A stretch of 64,000 bases of DNA from Lama guanicoe. Lineage: Eukaryota. The notes beneath the pieces are model-generated. The model saw only the letters and a list, made by a program, of their open reading frames with translations. It was not told the origin of the DNA and ran no database searches. Below are positions 41,690-60,560 of this stretch, piece by piece. The position numbers and the translations under genes are program-made. The stretch spans positions 8,049,220 through 8,113,219 of the forward strand of contig MU054323.1 in the NCBI GenBank assembly GCA_013239625.1, read 5' to 3'. The stretch's first letter is position 1. Every line of letters starts with the position of its first letter.

Positions 41690-43660
41690 GGGCAGATATG
41701 GCTTTTAAGTCTCTAATGTATAGCTTTACCCTCTCCCCTGTATTGTAAGCTGGCAGTTAGATCTAGAAGCTTGATCAGATTCAAGTTCAATTTATTTTTG
41801 TTCCATATGCTGCTGTGTACCTTCATTGGAATAAACTGATGTCAGCTTGTCTCTCTCTTTGTGATGTTAGCAGTCACTGATAATCATTGTCTAAGATCCA
41901 TTCATTGCATTAGGGGCTGCAAGATGGTGTCATTCCCAATTCTGTGATTGTGTCTTCATTTATTAGCTGGAACACTTCTGAAAAGAGAGTCTTCTGCTCA
42001 TCAGCTGTTTGTTGCCCTAAAATACAGTCTGTACAGGAAAAGCAGGATAGACACTTAGTCTTTCTCTAGTTAGCAGTTTTCAGAATAAATGGATTGGGTC
42101 TCTAGCGTCTTCCAAGGGTGACCGGTGAGGTCTTATTTTAATTTTTCACTATGAACAATTTGGATTTAAACAAATGTGATGTGTTTCGGTTTACTTCCGT
42201 TACCCCCCCCTCACTAATGCTTAATGTATCCCATCTTTGGCCAGCGGGAGTCTCTTCGTGTTGACTTCTGGGTCCTTTTGACACAACCCCAGTAGTCTTT
42301 GATGGTTTCCTGGCTTTCCAGAATGACTGGATGTTCCAGGCTCATGTTACAATTTTCCTGCTTCAAGTCTGGAATCAGTCATTCCTCCAAGGAGACCTGG
42401 TCCCTTTTATTTTTTTTTAAATTTATATTCTTTTTTTTGAGGGGGGGCTGGTAATTAGGTTTTTATTTATTTAAACAGAGGTACTGGGGATTGAATCCAG
42501 GACCTTGTTCATGCTAGGCATGTACTCTATCTACCACTATACCCTCCCCACTAGACCTGGTCCTTTTAAACAGGGAATGGCATATTGAGACTGGGTGCTG
42601 GAGTGCTCACTGTTTTGATTAGTCATTGTTTCTAGACCTTATCAGTGGATGAGCCTAGGGTATAGGATTATGTTTTAAAGATAAAATAAATCATATATTC
42701 ATCCTCATACTTCCAAATCATCGGATGCCAGGATTTTTACTTAACCTTATCAAAATATAACTCCGTTCTCCTAACTTGAAAATCTCGGTATTCAATGCCT
42801 CCCAAATAATTACTTATACACTTTTTTCGCAATACTACAAAATAGTTCTAGAATAAAAGATTTACCTTATCACTAACAAATGATTACTAAAAATAGTTTA
42901 AACTTCTTTTGCAATTCTTTGGCTTCTTAGGATGTGTCCCACTAGGGATGTACAGGGAGATCACTGTCTTTTGAGGTCAACTTGGAATAGTTTCTGTGTG
43001 CTTATGTCCCTAACTGGATACACGTTTAGGTCTTTTTGTTTCATTTTAGTTTTGATTGTTAGTGTTTGCTCTTTTACAATTTAACACTGTTTTATAATTA
43101 TGTGAAGTATTTACATGCTTCCAAAGTCAAATGTACAACAGAAGTTACACTTAAAGAAGTGTAGCTTTTATCCACTTTTGTCCCCTCTTCTATAGGTAAC
43201 TAAAAATAACACAGTTTATCCTTCGGTTACTTTAAAAAATTATAAACAAATGTGTCTATATTTACATAAACCCATTTTTTAGGCAAATGAGAGTGTATGC
43301 TTTTTTCCACGTTGCTTTTTTCATGTACATCGTATCCTGGAAATGAGTCTATAGTAGAAAGAAAAAAATACTCTTCGTTTCGCTCCTTTTTTATCTGGTA
43401 CTCCATTTGTGGCTGTGCCATGACTTATTCAGATAAGTCCTCTGTTGGTCATTGGCTCTTTCCAGTTTTCTGTTTGTTTTTGCTCTTATAAACATTGCTG
43501 CAATAAATAGCGTCATGCATTTGTGTTTCCTTGTAAACTACTGGGATAGATCCCTAGAAGTTGGATTGCTGGATCAAAGCGTAAATGCCTCTGTAATTTT
43601 GCTGGCTTTTGCTCCTTAACGATGGTACCATTTTGCATTTCTGCCAGCAATTTGCTATCT
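41690..43660 (-). mobile_element. Old L1MC-like 3' region (approximate) with nested SINE
   Basis: gatgttccaggctcatgttacaattttcctgcttcaagtctggaatcagtcattcctccaagg; gatccctagaagttggattgctggatcaaag. Confidence 0.55.
42410..42550 (-). mobile_element. Vic-1-like SINE with TSD
   Basis: gaggtactggggattgaatccaggaccttg...; flanks agacctggtccctttta / agacctggtcctttta. Confidence 0.85.
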
Positions 43661-44189
43661 TGTACTTTTCAAAATCTTTTCATATATATTATCTCACTTT
43701 AGCTTTTGAACAACTAGTAAAACCTGGGTAGTACAATGATTTTTATACCTACTTTCAGGTAAGGAATATGTGTACTATAAAACATTTAAAATTTTAATTT
43801 TAATAAAAATTGTTGGCTCTTGCTATCAGCTGCCAATTGTTGCTGATAATATTCTTCTGTGGGGCAACTATTTCCCACCTTTCTGTTGGCTGCTTCTAAT
43901 CTGCTGCAGGCTTAGGAACTATAGAGTAGGTGTGTTAGATTTATCTCTAAAATAAGGACAAATAGGTTCATGGTCTCCCTCCCAATTCCTGGTCAAGGCT
44001 GGACGCTGTCTCCGGGTAGATGAAGTTGGGAAGAGTGAGGTGTTACAGGCTGGCTGAGAATGGCGGAATTCTCCAGACGGTTTCTTATCTCAACCCCCAA
44101 TCTCCCTGGTTTCCCCCACATGATAGGCTTTCTTCAGCTAGGGACTCTCTAGTGCCTTAGAGAGGCTTTTTCAGACGTAAATTTTCTAA

Positions 44190-44606
<417 letters not shown>

Positions 44607-45454
44607 TAGTTAAAGGAAAAAAGCTTATTTTGCGAGAGACAGGGCAGCAGGCTTGCCTCTGTGCGTCCACCTGACAAGTAGTGTGGCCAGAACTGATGGT
44701 GGCCTTTCTCTGGGAGCTTGTTTTGCGATTACTCTGGGGGTGTTAGGGTATCCTTGCTGTGTATTAGCAAAACCCAGTAGACTTAGTGTAAAGGCTGCAT
44801 TGTGGCTGATTCGGCTAGAAGTCAGATTGTACCCCAGCATGGTTGGTGTTTATTTAAACCTTGATTTCTGAGATGGATGAGAAAGGTGGAGCGAGGATTG
44901 GCAGCCTCCAGTCCACTTGGCACAGTTGGGACAGTTTTCTCGGGCACAAGGGCGGCTCCTGCTGAAGGGGCGGCTGGCAGGGAGTCCCCTCTCTGTCCGC
45001 AGACTTGCTGCCAGTGGCCACCTCTCCGCGGAGACCTCCCTCAGGTGTCCCCAGCTCTGAGCAGGCACCCAGACCTCTCCCCACCCCCACCTCATGTGCA
45101 CTGGGTTCCGATACAGTGTCTCCATCTCCCTCCATGCCTTCTCCTCCAGCTCAGTGCGTACTGCTGTGTTCTGTAGATATCTGGGGACTAGCATTTGAGT
45201 GAAGTGACATGGGTGGGTGGGGGCCTGTGACTGGATTAGGTCTGGACTGCTGGCGAGCGTTCCAGTGTTCGCCCAGTGGCTTGTGGGCAAGACAAGCCAG
45301 CATCCTTCTGAGGTGGTGGGAACTAAATCTGTCACGAGGATTGGCTTTGTCCCTGGGAGGGGCTCTTAGGCATCCCAGGATGACCTTCCTCTGGGGACCC
45401 CGTCCCCCAAAGTGTCATCCCTGTGGTCTGCTCTGCGGAGTCATGCCTGGCTAG

Positions 45455-46080
<626 letters not shown>

Positions 46081-46422
46081 TGAAGCTCAAGGAAAAAGAG
46101 AGCATTTAAAATTCTGGATGTTCTTACAAGACATTACTGCTTTTGAATAATGCTTCTGGAGAAATAGAGAAATAGCAAGGGTTTTATGTCAAGGACAGCT
46201 AACTTAGCATTTCCCTTATTATTATTACAACTTTTTTGTATTTGCAAAGGGAAAGATGGCTGGGGATGAGATGCTGTTCTTATACCGAGGCCCAGGGGGT
46301 CTTTTCCTGGGCCCTCTCTCAGGGCCAGGTCTCAGCCACATGAGACCTGGGTTTACCAAGCTCTGAATATTTTGATCTGTAACACTTTCCTGTAGAGCAG
46401 GACCCATTTTTAATGCCTATCT

Positions 46423-46560
46423 TCTTGTTTGTTTTGGGTGTTTTTTTGGTGGGGGGAGGTAATTAGGTTTATTTATTTATTTATTTTTAGAGGAGGGCCT
46501 GAGTTCAGGACCTCGTGCAGGCTGAGCATGCGCTCTAGCACTTGAGCTATACCCTTCCCC
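46423..46560 (-). mobile_element. Vic-1-like SINE with TSD
   Basis: ggtaattaggtttatttattt...caggacctcgtgcaggctgagcatgcgctctagcacttgagctataccc; flanks taatgcctatct/taatacctatat. Confidence 0.8.
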
Positions 46561-46649
46561 TAATACCTATATATTTTTTTGTAACTAATGACTATTCTGA
46601 GGATGTTAAAAATATTACACAATTTTAATTTTAAAACTCAAAGAATGTT

Positions 46650-47600
46650 TTTCAGTATTGCTTGCCCCAGGATGTATATGCTTCCAAAAAGAGTTGGCTG
46701 AGTGGACAAAACCCAGAAGCCAGAAGAAAAACAAGGGACATATTTGACTGGATTGAAAAAAAATTCTGTAGGGCAAGAATCACTATAAGCAAAGTTGAGA
46801 TACCTATGACAGGAGAGGAAAGTATTTTTAGTTTACATCAGAGTTAAGGGCTAATTTCCTTAAAATATAAAGAACTCACATAAACCAATAAGAAAAAGAC
46901 CCACAACTCAGTGGAACAGACTAGGGATATGAACAGACACCTCTTAGAAGAGAAATACAAATAACTTTTAAACATATGAAAATATAATCAAGCTTTCTTG
47001 TAAGAGAAATGCAAATTAAGAGTGCTGAAATTCCATTTCATCTGTCAGGTCGGCAAAAATCTGCAAGCTTGGTAACACATAGTGATGGCTGAGGTTTAGG
47101 AAATAAGCATGCTCATAATTTGCTGGTGTGAATGTAAATTGTTGCAGCCTCCATGGAGAACAGCTTGGCAGGATCGATTACCAAACTGTATAGTACACTT
47201 CACCCTGTGATTCCTCTTCTAGGATTTTATTCTATGTATATCTCCTACAGTCGAAATGATGTGTTTATCCTAGCTTATTCACTGCAGCATCACGTGAAAT
47301 GGCAGAAGACTGGAAATGACCTAAATTTCCATCATTAAAGAATTGATTAAATAATATATGGAGCATCTACACAATGGAATACTATACAGTTGTAAAAAAT
47401 CAAAGAAATTCTCTATGTATTTATACAAAAAGCTCTCTAAGGTTTATTGGCATGTGAAACTATCCTATGTACGTAGTAGAGTATCATTCATGTGAAAATG
47501 GGGAGGAAAGGTGATTGTGCTTCTACGGGCATGTATTTCTTTGGAAAGATGCCTAAGAAATGGATAACACTGGTTTGCCCGTGGGAGGTAAACTGAATGA
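46650..47600 (+). mobile_element. Old L1M ORF2 end / 3' UTR fragment
   Basis: aagagaaatgcaaattaag...acaatggaatactatacag, sense L1 motifs. Confidence 0.7.
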
Positions 47601-48000
47601 ACTGAGAGGCAGGAGGAGGAGGAATTTAAAATTTAAAAATTAAAATAAAATTTAATTTGTATTATGATTCGATGATATTTATATCATATAAGTGTTACAA
47701 ATATCAGTAAAATGAACACCTGTGATCCGGATTTAGAAATAGAACATTATCCCTGTTTTGAAGCCTCCCCATGCGCCTCTCCCTGGTCCCATCCTCCTCC
47801 TTCCTCACTCTTCCTCCTTGTGATTTCTTTCCTTGTGTAAAGGTCTCCTTCTGCATCTTTGCCATAAATTCTGTCATCTTCTGTAAACTTCTCTCCGTTT
47901 CTTCTCTTCCTGTCTGTCTTCATGCACTCATGCATATGTACCTACAAACCCCTTGCACCTTTCTCCAGAGCAGCCCCCTGCATCTCTGTCACCCCTGTAG

Positions 48001-48408
<408 letters not shown>

Positions 48409-49247
48409 TGATCATTTGTTGGGTCTACTGTGTGTGCAGGCCTCGTGGGGATAATGCCTTGTGATCAGAATAGTGGTCAGAGCACATATGAGTGTCACAT
48501 GCTCTGACGGGGACACAGTCACCTCCATTTGGCATGTCACAGAGGGCTTTAGGAGGGGATGGCACCAGAATTGGGTTTTCCTAGGTGGACAAGGTTGGGG
48601 AAAGGGCCTTTCAGGATGTCACAGCCCAGGGAAAGGCCTTGTTCAAGAATCATGACTGGAGAGAGGTGTGGCTGAAATGTCAGGGTCTGGGGAGTGGGAC
48701 CAGCTTGGCTGGAGGAGCCAGGCCAGATCCTGAGAGTCTTCCTCGAAGTGCCCAAGGTCTTGATCTTCACCCTTTAGTGGACCGGAGCCAGAAAATGGTC
48801 TTAAGCCAAGGGAATGTCATGAGTAGACTTGCATTTTAGAAAGATCACTTTGGTGGCAGGGAGAGGCTGATGCTGGATGCAAGGAGAGTAGTCAGAAGGT
48901 CTGGGTGGAGGGGCTCTCCTGGATTAAGGCTGTCCTAAGAGGAGGTGGGGAGCAGATGACAAACTTTAAGCGCTGTTTAGCCTGCATTTGTGGAGGAAAT
49001 GGGCATAGTCATGAGCTGTAAAGCCAGTGAGGTAAACTGACTGAGAGAGAGAGGGTGGATGAAACTGCAAGGACACTTTCACAAATGTGACAATGGCACC
49101 AGGAATCTGTAACATTGATGATAAGCAGTTGTTCTTTCTGAGAATCTCTCATAATTTGCTGAACTCATATGGCTGAGAGGGAAGGTGACAGGTGGAAAAG
49201 CAGTACGTCTGTGAGGGGCAGGCACTGCTTGGGCACCTGGGTGATGA

Positions 49248-49430
<183 letters not shown>

Positions 49431-49802
49431 TAAGTGTGCATGTTACGGCCCAGGAGGAGGAGGGAGCCGAGCAGGTTGGTGGGAGAAGGATCATGTTTGG
49501 AGTGGCCACATTTGCCACCTCCCTGTCCCATGAACTCTTAGAGAGAACAGCTGCCTTTGGCAACTCCTGTTGTGGAGGCGGGGTGAGGGGCTTGGGTGTA
49601 GTGTTGGGGGTGAGCCCTCTGGCACCGCCCTCCCTGTTCTGTTCCCACTGCCTGGCTCCTTCAGGGCAGGAGGGCTGCTCTGCCGGGCGAGGCTTCTGGG
49701 TTCCTCTTCCACCTCCAACCAGAGTAGAAATGCAGAGATTCTGGCTCCTACTTGGTAGAGGATGGAGGATCCAATGGGCCTCTAACTGATTTTTCTGCCT
49801 AA

Positions 49803-50003
<201 letters not shown>

Positions 50004-50833
50004 TGAGATGATGGTTGTGGTCATACCCCTCTGATGTCCGCAGTTTTTGGCTCCAGCTGCTTGTGGGACCACTCTTAGAGGTGGCGACAAAGCCGGGGAT
50101 AACTTCAAGCTTAGAGCCCTTCCATATGGATTCTCCTCTTTGGTCCTAACACCCAGTCTGTGAGGCAGAAAGGGCAGAAAGGATTCTCCCCTTTCACAAA
50201 TAGGAGAATCAAAACTCAGAGACTCTGACTTGCCCAGAGCGAAGACTCTGCCAGCCAGGTGGTCTGGCCTAGAATGTGAGGGAGGGGGAGGCTCCAACTG
50301 GGGCGGATATTCCCCTGCCCCCACTCATGCCTGCTCCAGTGACAGTTAGGGCAACTTCCCCATGGCCTGGCGGGAGGAGTCTCACTTCCTGCTCCAAAGG
50401 GAAGAGTCCACTGGCAACACAGTTGCTGGCTCTGCTCTGCCCTGCTCACTGCTGTGGAGCCCTTCACGTGGCGTTGAGGGTCCTAACACTGGGCTGAGCA
50501 CAGGTCCTCCGTCATCAACGGAGACCAGCTGCAAGCCAGGCCCCGGGGACGTGAGGCCCCGTGGGCTAGACCAGGAGCAGGGTGGGCAGGTGAAGAGGGG
50601 AGGGGAGAGTTCCAGACAGTGGGTCCGAGGGGAAGGTTAACAATGGTACCCGAGGCTTGCAAGCTGGAGCAGAAGCCAGACAAAGAGCCCCAGGGCTTGT
50701 GTTCTGAGGAAGGCAGGCTGGCGCTTTCCCAGGCAGCCAGGAACATTTGGGGAGGAAATGATTCCAGACTTTGGAGGCGGGTGAAAGGAGAGCCCTGGAG
50801 AAAATGCGATGACCTTTACCTTTTCTTCTCCAG

Positions 50834-50890
50834 ATAAACTCTGAACTGCAAGCTCCTCCGACCCAGGTGTTCCGGGTCCCCACAAAATAG
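50834..50890 (+). CDS. DRC1: DRC1 exon 17 (coding part, stop TAG)
   Basis: ctccag|; INSELQAPPTQVFRVPTK*. Confidence 0.95.
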   Translation: MNSELQAPPTQVFRVPTK

Positions 50891-51064
50891 AGCTGGACCT
50901 CGAGAGGCTGTGTTTTAGGGCTGACACTGGTATGGGCGCTGGTGCCGGAGGGGGCGATCCCCCGGGCAGCTGCCTGGGCTCACTCCCTGGCTTTCCCAGA
51001 GCCGCCTTCATAGGGCCTGTCACAACAAGGTGACCAGAGGAGTTATCTGTGTCCTGCAGTCACG

Positions 51065-51070
51065 ATTAAA
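51065..51070 (+). terminator. DRC1: DRC1 polyadenylation signal (ATTAAA)
   Basis: ATTAAA ~175 nt after the stop, followed by ttgtgtctg. Confidence 0.7.
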
Positions 51071-51561
51071 GTCTTTAAAAAATTGTGTCTGAATCTCTTT
51101 AAAGAGGTCAGGTCCAGTGAGGCACGGGCCCCGGGCCCCGCCTGTGTGTCATGAGAGGACTTTGTCCCCAGCCTCAGAGTGTGCTGTGAAAACAGGCACG
51201 TAGCTGTGGGACCAGGCCGGTGGCACGGACTCCCTGCTTGCTTTTGGGAGCAGTTGGTGTCTGTGGGTAGCAGCTGGTGCTTTTGGGCCATTTTGGGGTC
51301 TATGCCTTCAGACTGTCCCTGGGCCTGCAGGACCCTTTTGGTAAACTTTTGTGGCTCCTCTGAGCTGTGGTTTAAGGATCCTCCCGTGGGCAGCCTGGGC
51401 AGGCAGCCCTATACCTCAGACCCACCTTGAGCCCAGGGCCACAAAGTCCCCCATAGGGTTAGGGGCCCATCCTGTGCTGAGTTTGCCTGCCAGCCCTGTG
51501 CCCCCACACCAGTCCCCCCATTTGACCAACGGCAGATTTGTCAGCTCAGTGTTTGATTTCT

Positions 51562-51567
51562 TTTATT
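51562..51567 (-). terminator. OTOF: OTOF polyadenylation signal (AATAAA on minus)
   Basis: tttatt on plus, ~780 nt downstream of the last OTOF stop codon. Confidence 0.75.
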
Positions 51568-52347
51568 GAGAGAAAAATCACCACTCAAGAAAGGAAAAAC
51601 AGCCAAGAGAAACCCAGCTCACGCAGGCAGGGGGCAGCACTTCAAGTACAAACTCCCAGCTGCACCCGGAGGGCTGGAGGGGCGGGCCCTCTGGGGCGAG
51701 GAGGGCATGGTGGAGGTGACCTGGTGGGGGTTTGGGGTGGGTGGTGCATGGGGTTCACGCTTACTGCTCCTGGGCCAGGCCTGCAGCACTGGGAAGCGGG
51801 GAAAACCCAGAAACTGCGCAGGGACTGGGCTTGAGCCCCCAGCGCTGAGGCTGCTGGGCAGAGAGGAGCAGCCGGGGAAGAGGCCACCCCCCGGGGCTAG
51901 GGCAAAGGGTCTGGCCCGCTTCTGCAGAGCCCAGACTGCTGGCGTCGGCTGTCCTTGCAAGATTCTGTCTGGGGACAGGAGGGTGATGCTTTTTGTTTGT
52001 TCATTCTTTTTAAAGCCCTGGGCACTGGCCCCTGACAGGATTCTTGGTTAATTTCATTAAAGCTTTGGTGCTCAACTGGTAGGCCAGGGGGAGGGTTTGG
52101 GGCAGCCTCCTCGGGGGCCTCTGCAACATGGTGCAGCCCCCGCCCCTCCCCACACTCCCCACCCTGCAGGCAGGGTCCGGGAGCTGGGACTGGGCCAGCA
52201 GCAGGCTCAGGTGATGAGGACAGGCAGGGAGGGGGCGTCACCAGCCCAGCCAGCAGGACCAAGGCCCCTGAGACCCGAGGCCTCCACGCCAGAGGAGGGG
52301 CGAACGCACCAGCCCAGGAGGTGCGCCGCAGGGAGGCCACGGGGCCT

Positions 52348-52528
52348 TCACGCCCCCAAGAGCTTCTTGACCATGTAGCCGGGCAGGCTGTAGAGGAAGA
52401 GGGCCAGCATGAGCAGCCCCAGCAGCGCCAGCACGATCTTGATGATGAGCCACTTGTAGCGCGTGCAGATGAGGTACTTGATGGACTTGAGGGGGTTGAG
52501 GAACCAGACGAAGGCTGTGTCGGGCCGG
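52348..52528 (-). CDS. OTOF: OTOF distal alternative terminal exon ('exon 48', cochlear-type TM tail)
   Basis: ccccag|[60 protein letters not shown]. Confidence 0.95.
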
Positions 52529-53856
52529 CTGGGGGAGGGGGAGCTTTGGTCAGACGGGGGCACCTCCAAGACACCCCGTCCCCTCAGCCCTTCTGGACCC
52601 CAAGAGGGGCCCCTTTCTGGCTGCGGTCCCTACAGTAGCGAGTGCTGCAGCGAGGATCTGAGCCCATCTCTGAGCACCAGGTTTGCGACCTACATTCCCT
52701 GTCCTCTCTCTGGGACCCTCCGGTGCCCCACCTCCTTCCAAGGCTGAGATGGCATTTCTGGCAGCTGGGCAGCTGTCACTCAACCTGCACACTCGCAGCC
52801 GGCCGTCTGCTTCTGAGGAAGCTCCCCTATCAAGTAGTTCACTGTGTGGTCCCGTGTTTCCCCACGTTCACAGTGAGATGGGTGTTTCTCAGCCTCTCCC
52901 TCTTTCTGCTTCAGTCCCCACCAGGCCCTGCCAGGGGTCTGCGGAGCCCGGGTGGGCACATGTCCCCCACATTGCTCTACCTTCTGCAGGGCCTCCTCGC
53001 CAAGAAGTGCCTGTGGACCTTACATTCTGTTGATTGTGTTACAAAAACAATAGGTTCTATAAAATGTCAAGATGGACAATCAAAGCACTGAATATATTTC
53101 TTCAAACTCCTGCCCAACCAACTCCTCCAGGGCTGCTCAGCGTGGGTGGGGCTGCAGAGCAGGGGCTGGGGCAGGGGTGCAGGGCAGCTGGTTTCCAGTC
53201 CCAGCCGTGACAGGCAAGTTAGGCACTCCTTCAAGCCTCAGTTTCCTCACTTGTACCACGGGGTTAACCTCTGAGGTTGGTGAAAGGGTTAAGTGAGAAA
53301 GATCATGTGAAGCTCTCAGCCCAGCCCAGCGCCAGGTGGTGCACCGCATGTGCTGGTTACTAAGATGTTTGAATGGGGTGGAGCTACTCACTGTCCTGCA
53401 GGGCAGAAAAGGGCTCTGGGTTGGGAGGAGGATGGTGGTAGAAACTGCTCAGGACTTGCTGGCTAATCCTAGCCAAAGCCTTTCCCCTTTCCTGCCCATA
53501 GCTCAACTTTTTCCTCTCAGTGGAATTGGGTTTGAATCTGCCTGAATGTCTCTGGGAGAGGAGTTGGTGCAGTGTGAAGGACACTGGAATGGCAATTTGG
53601 AAACCTAGCCTGAGTCATAGCTCCACTCTGATTTGCCAAGTGGCTTTGGGCAAGCTACCTGTCCTCTTTGGCCTACTCTGGAAATGTGCACGACAGTCAT
53701 TGGCAGTTCTGAGTCTATGATATCGTTCAAAAGCTTGAAAGTTGCTGTGTGTCGACTTAGTGTGTACTTGCGTGTGTGTGTTCTACCTGCTGCCCAGCTC
53801 ACAAGCCCTAGGTCCAGGAGGAAGGGAGGAGTACCAGACCCAGGAAGATGCCGGGC

Positions 53857-54159
<303 letters not shown>

Positions 54160-54506
54160 TCAAGGCTGCCTGGGACCTCAAATCCACCACGGCAGCTGCA
54201 TGCCTTTGGCACAAACTAGGAACGGCATTGAACTCAGCTGAGTGGGGCCCTCCCTGTGGGAGGTGCTGCTTCCCTGTACCGGTTGCCCATGGTCTGGTTC
54301 AGAGGGAGGTGGTGGATTTGGGGGTGGCGGGTGGAGGAGAGGAGGGAGGAAGCTCTCCTGCAATGAGGCCGTGGCCTAGGAAGGGATAGAAAGGGCAGAG
54401 ATGCCTCCAGAGTGGGGTCAAGAAGACCAGAGAGTTCTGGCCTGTCCTTCCTGTTCCAGTGCCCCCAGGGAGCAGCATGGTAGGCGCCCGGCAGGCAGGG
54501 CACTCA

Positions 54507-55736
<1,230 letters not shown>

Positions 55737-56239
55737 TCATCCAGCCAGCCTGGCTGTTGTGAGGAGAGCCCCAGGTAGAGGGGAATCAGTTTGGCTGGAA
55801 CACCAGGACCCAGAACACACTCCTGGACAGGGAGGCTGACTCAGGTCTCCGAGATGCTGCCTCGGGAGGGGAGGGACTGGCTGCTGGGGGGTGGCTGAAG
55901 CGAGGCTTGGAGAGTTGGGAGCAAGATCCCCCATCTCCAGAGGCCAGAAGCTCCACTCCAGATGGCAGTGGACCACCATGGAATCTGGTCTTCTTTACAT
56001 TATTGTCCCCAAAAGGGATTTTCCCCAGAAGTGTGATTGTCATGATCAGTGAGGTAGTTACATTTCAACCATTAGGAGTGAGGTGGAGTCAACCACTAAA
56101 CATGGACTGGAGCGTGACTCTCCACAGAGTTATGCCCTGGACTGCACGTCCTGGTGACACAATGAGTTGGGGTGTCCCCTCGTGGCGGGCCCTGGAACAG
56201 CATATGTGGGGTCCCACCTGGAGGCTATTCCAGGCAGAA

Positions 56240-56405
56240 TTGGCTGTGTAATTTGCAGAGCCCAGTGTAAAATGGAAGCGTTGGGCCCTTGGTTAGAAAA
56301 TCATTAAGAATTTTAAGACTGCCATCTTGAAATAAGCGTGGTGCCCTGCGCAACTTCTTAGGTCTGCGTGGTTGGCCCTGATTACAGGCATTGAGGCCAG
56401 TGCTG
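56240..56405. mobile_element. MER45-like hAT remnant
   Basis: taatttgcagagcccagtgtaaaatggaagcgttgggccc...ggccagtgctg. Confidence 0.5.
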
Positions 56406-56923
56406 GCAATGATTTGGTCCTGCTGCTTTACAGATGGGAAAACTGAGGGCCAGGGAGGCAAACTGTCAAGCAGGAGAGGCAAGTGGCTTGGCTCCTGACT
56501 CAGTGCTCTTTCTACTCTCCCACCCACTCACCTCTGGGCACTCCCCCTGCACATCTCATCAGCAGATGCTTTAAATAAAACTTGGCAGAGCTGCATGACA
56601 GCCCGAGTGGGGATGGTCAGGGAGCAGAGCAGGCTCTCAGGGGTTCTGCGTCTTGTGGGTGTGTGCGTGTGCGCGCGCGCGTGGAGGGGTGGGTCTGTGA
56701 GGATGAAGTCCTCATCGTCCTCACTGACCGCACAGTAGGGGTGTGGCTCCTGTCTCAGCCAAGGGGACTCGCCTTGGGTGGGCCCCACAACCTTCTTGAT
56801 GAGTTGCTCTGTTCCCACCTATAAGGCCACATGGGACTGACTAGGTGACCTGGGCCTGGAGCCTCCTGCAGAAGGGACACCATGGGGAGCAGGGAGGAAG
56901 GGGTACTGGGTCCGAGCAGCTCA

Positions 56924-57061
<138 letters not shown>

Positions 57062-57340
57062 TCAGCAAGGCCAGTTCTCCTCTCCCTCCCAGCCTTTGTC
57101 CTGTCAGGGCCCATTTCATCAGTTTGCATCCTGGGATGCCAGCCATTCCTATGACGTCACCAATAGCCAGTTGCAATCCCAGGTCTCCACCCTAGCTGAT
57201 GGAATTCTCACTCAAAGCTAAGACGTAAGCGGTGAAGGGCCATGGTGTGTGTGTGCGGGGTGAATGCAGTGAATAGCATGAGGACCTGTTCTCATGGACC
57301 CAGGCTGGGACTTCCTGATCCCAAATGCCGGAGAACCTCA

Positions 57341-57520
<180 letters not shown>

Positions 57521-58070
57521 TCAGCTGTACCCAGAGGCTCAGCAGAACAAGAGACCTGTGCTGGGCCAGGGACACAGGGGCAAAAAGGCCCCACCTCCAG
57601 GTTACTGTGGGGGAAACTGAGGCACAGAGGGAGACGTGGCTGGCCCAAGCTCTTAGCTGCCGCACAGGCCGAGAGAGGTCTGTGTCCTTGGTTTCCTCTG
57701 CCTGGGGAATTTGACCAGAGAATATTTCTGGGTTGTGAGGTCAGGAAGAAGAACCCAAATCCTGTCCCAGCACCTTGAAGGTGGTGGTTTCCTGGCAGAG
57801 ACACCTGCCGATTTTCTGGGAAGTGCTATGGGGGCGAAGGGATGGGGAAAACCAGTGCAACCCAGGCCCACACCCTCACTCTGCCTCCAAAGAGCTGTGT
57901 GACCTTGGGCAAGTCTTTGAAACCCCTTGGGTCTCAGTTTTCTCATCTGCAGAATGGGGAGAACCTCCCTACCCCACAGGAATGCTAAGGAGAGGAAAGG
58001 TAACAAGTGGGCACGGCTGTGTGGGGTGGCGTGGAAGGGCAGAGGCTGGGTGGACAGAAGGGGGATGCTA

Positions 58071-58508
<438 letters not shown>

Positions 58509-58646
58509 TCAGTGTCCCAAGGATGAGCATCCAGTCTCCCCCAGTGCAGGCTGCACCATTCCCCTACTGTGTCCACTCCTCCGGAACTTCAAAGACTCCC
58601 TGAGGAAACTGATCATCAGAGTGGTTAAGGGGCTTGACCAGGGTCA

Positions 58647-59798
<1,152 letters not shown>

Positions 59799-60137
59799 CT
59801 GGGGCAAGGCAAGCGTGGGTCAGGGTGCAGGTTCCCATGGGCACAGGCAGGGTTGGGCACTCAAAATAGCCAAGAGCACTGAGGGTCTGCACCCTGCTGC
59901 GGTGGGGCCTTAGCCCTTCAGTTGCTGGATCACAGGGAGTCAGGGTTTCTGGAATGAGTGGCCGGGGAGGAAACTCTACGAGAGGAGGGGTGGGGAGCTG
60001 GGTTCAGGGCAGATGCTCTTTGTCAATCAGCATGGAAGTATTTTCATATTTTATCAACCAGGACAGCTGACAGTTCCACCTGGCTGTCAGCCATGGGCCT
60101 GGGGTAGGGAGAAGAGCCTATAGGGGCTCAGGACTCA

Positions 60138-60332
<195 letters not shown>

Positions 60333-60423
60333 TCAGGGGGCAAGGCCGGTCCACGGGCCTCTGTCTTGCCCCATTTGCCACCTGGTGCCCACACCCTGAC
60401 AGCGTCTGCTTCCAGACCCTCAC

Positions 60424-60560
60424 CTTGAGCTCATCAATCTTGGGTTTCTTCTTCTCGGGGGCCTCAGACGCCTGACCAGGGCCCAGGCTCTGGGTTCTCT
60501 TCTTCTTCTCCTCCTTTGCAGCCCTTGCCTTCTCCTTGCCCTTCATCAGCCCCTTCAGGC
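60424..60560 (-). CDS. OTOF: OTOF exon (~35)
   Basis: [45 protein letters not shown]; ag/gt bounded. Confidence 0.92.

Noticed and set aside
51897..52574. 225-aa minus-strand ORF over the OTOF last exon
   Set aside because: Off-frame shadow of the OTOF exon plus GC-rich UTR; Pro/Ser/Gly-rich composition typical of spurious ORFs.
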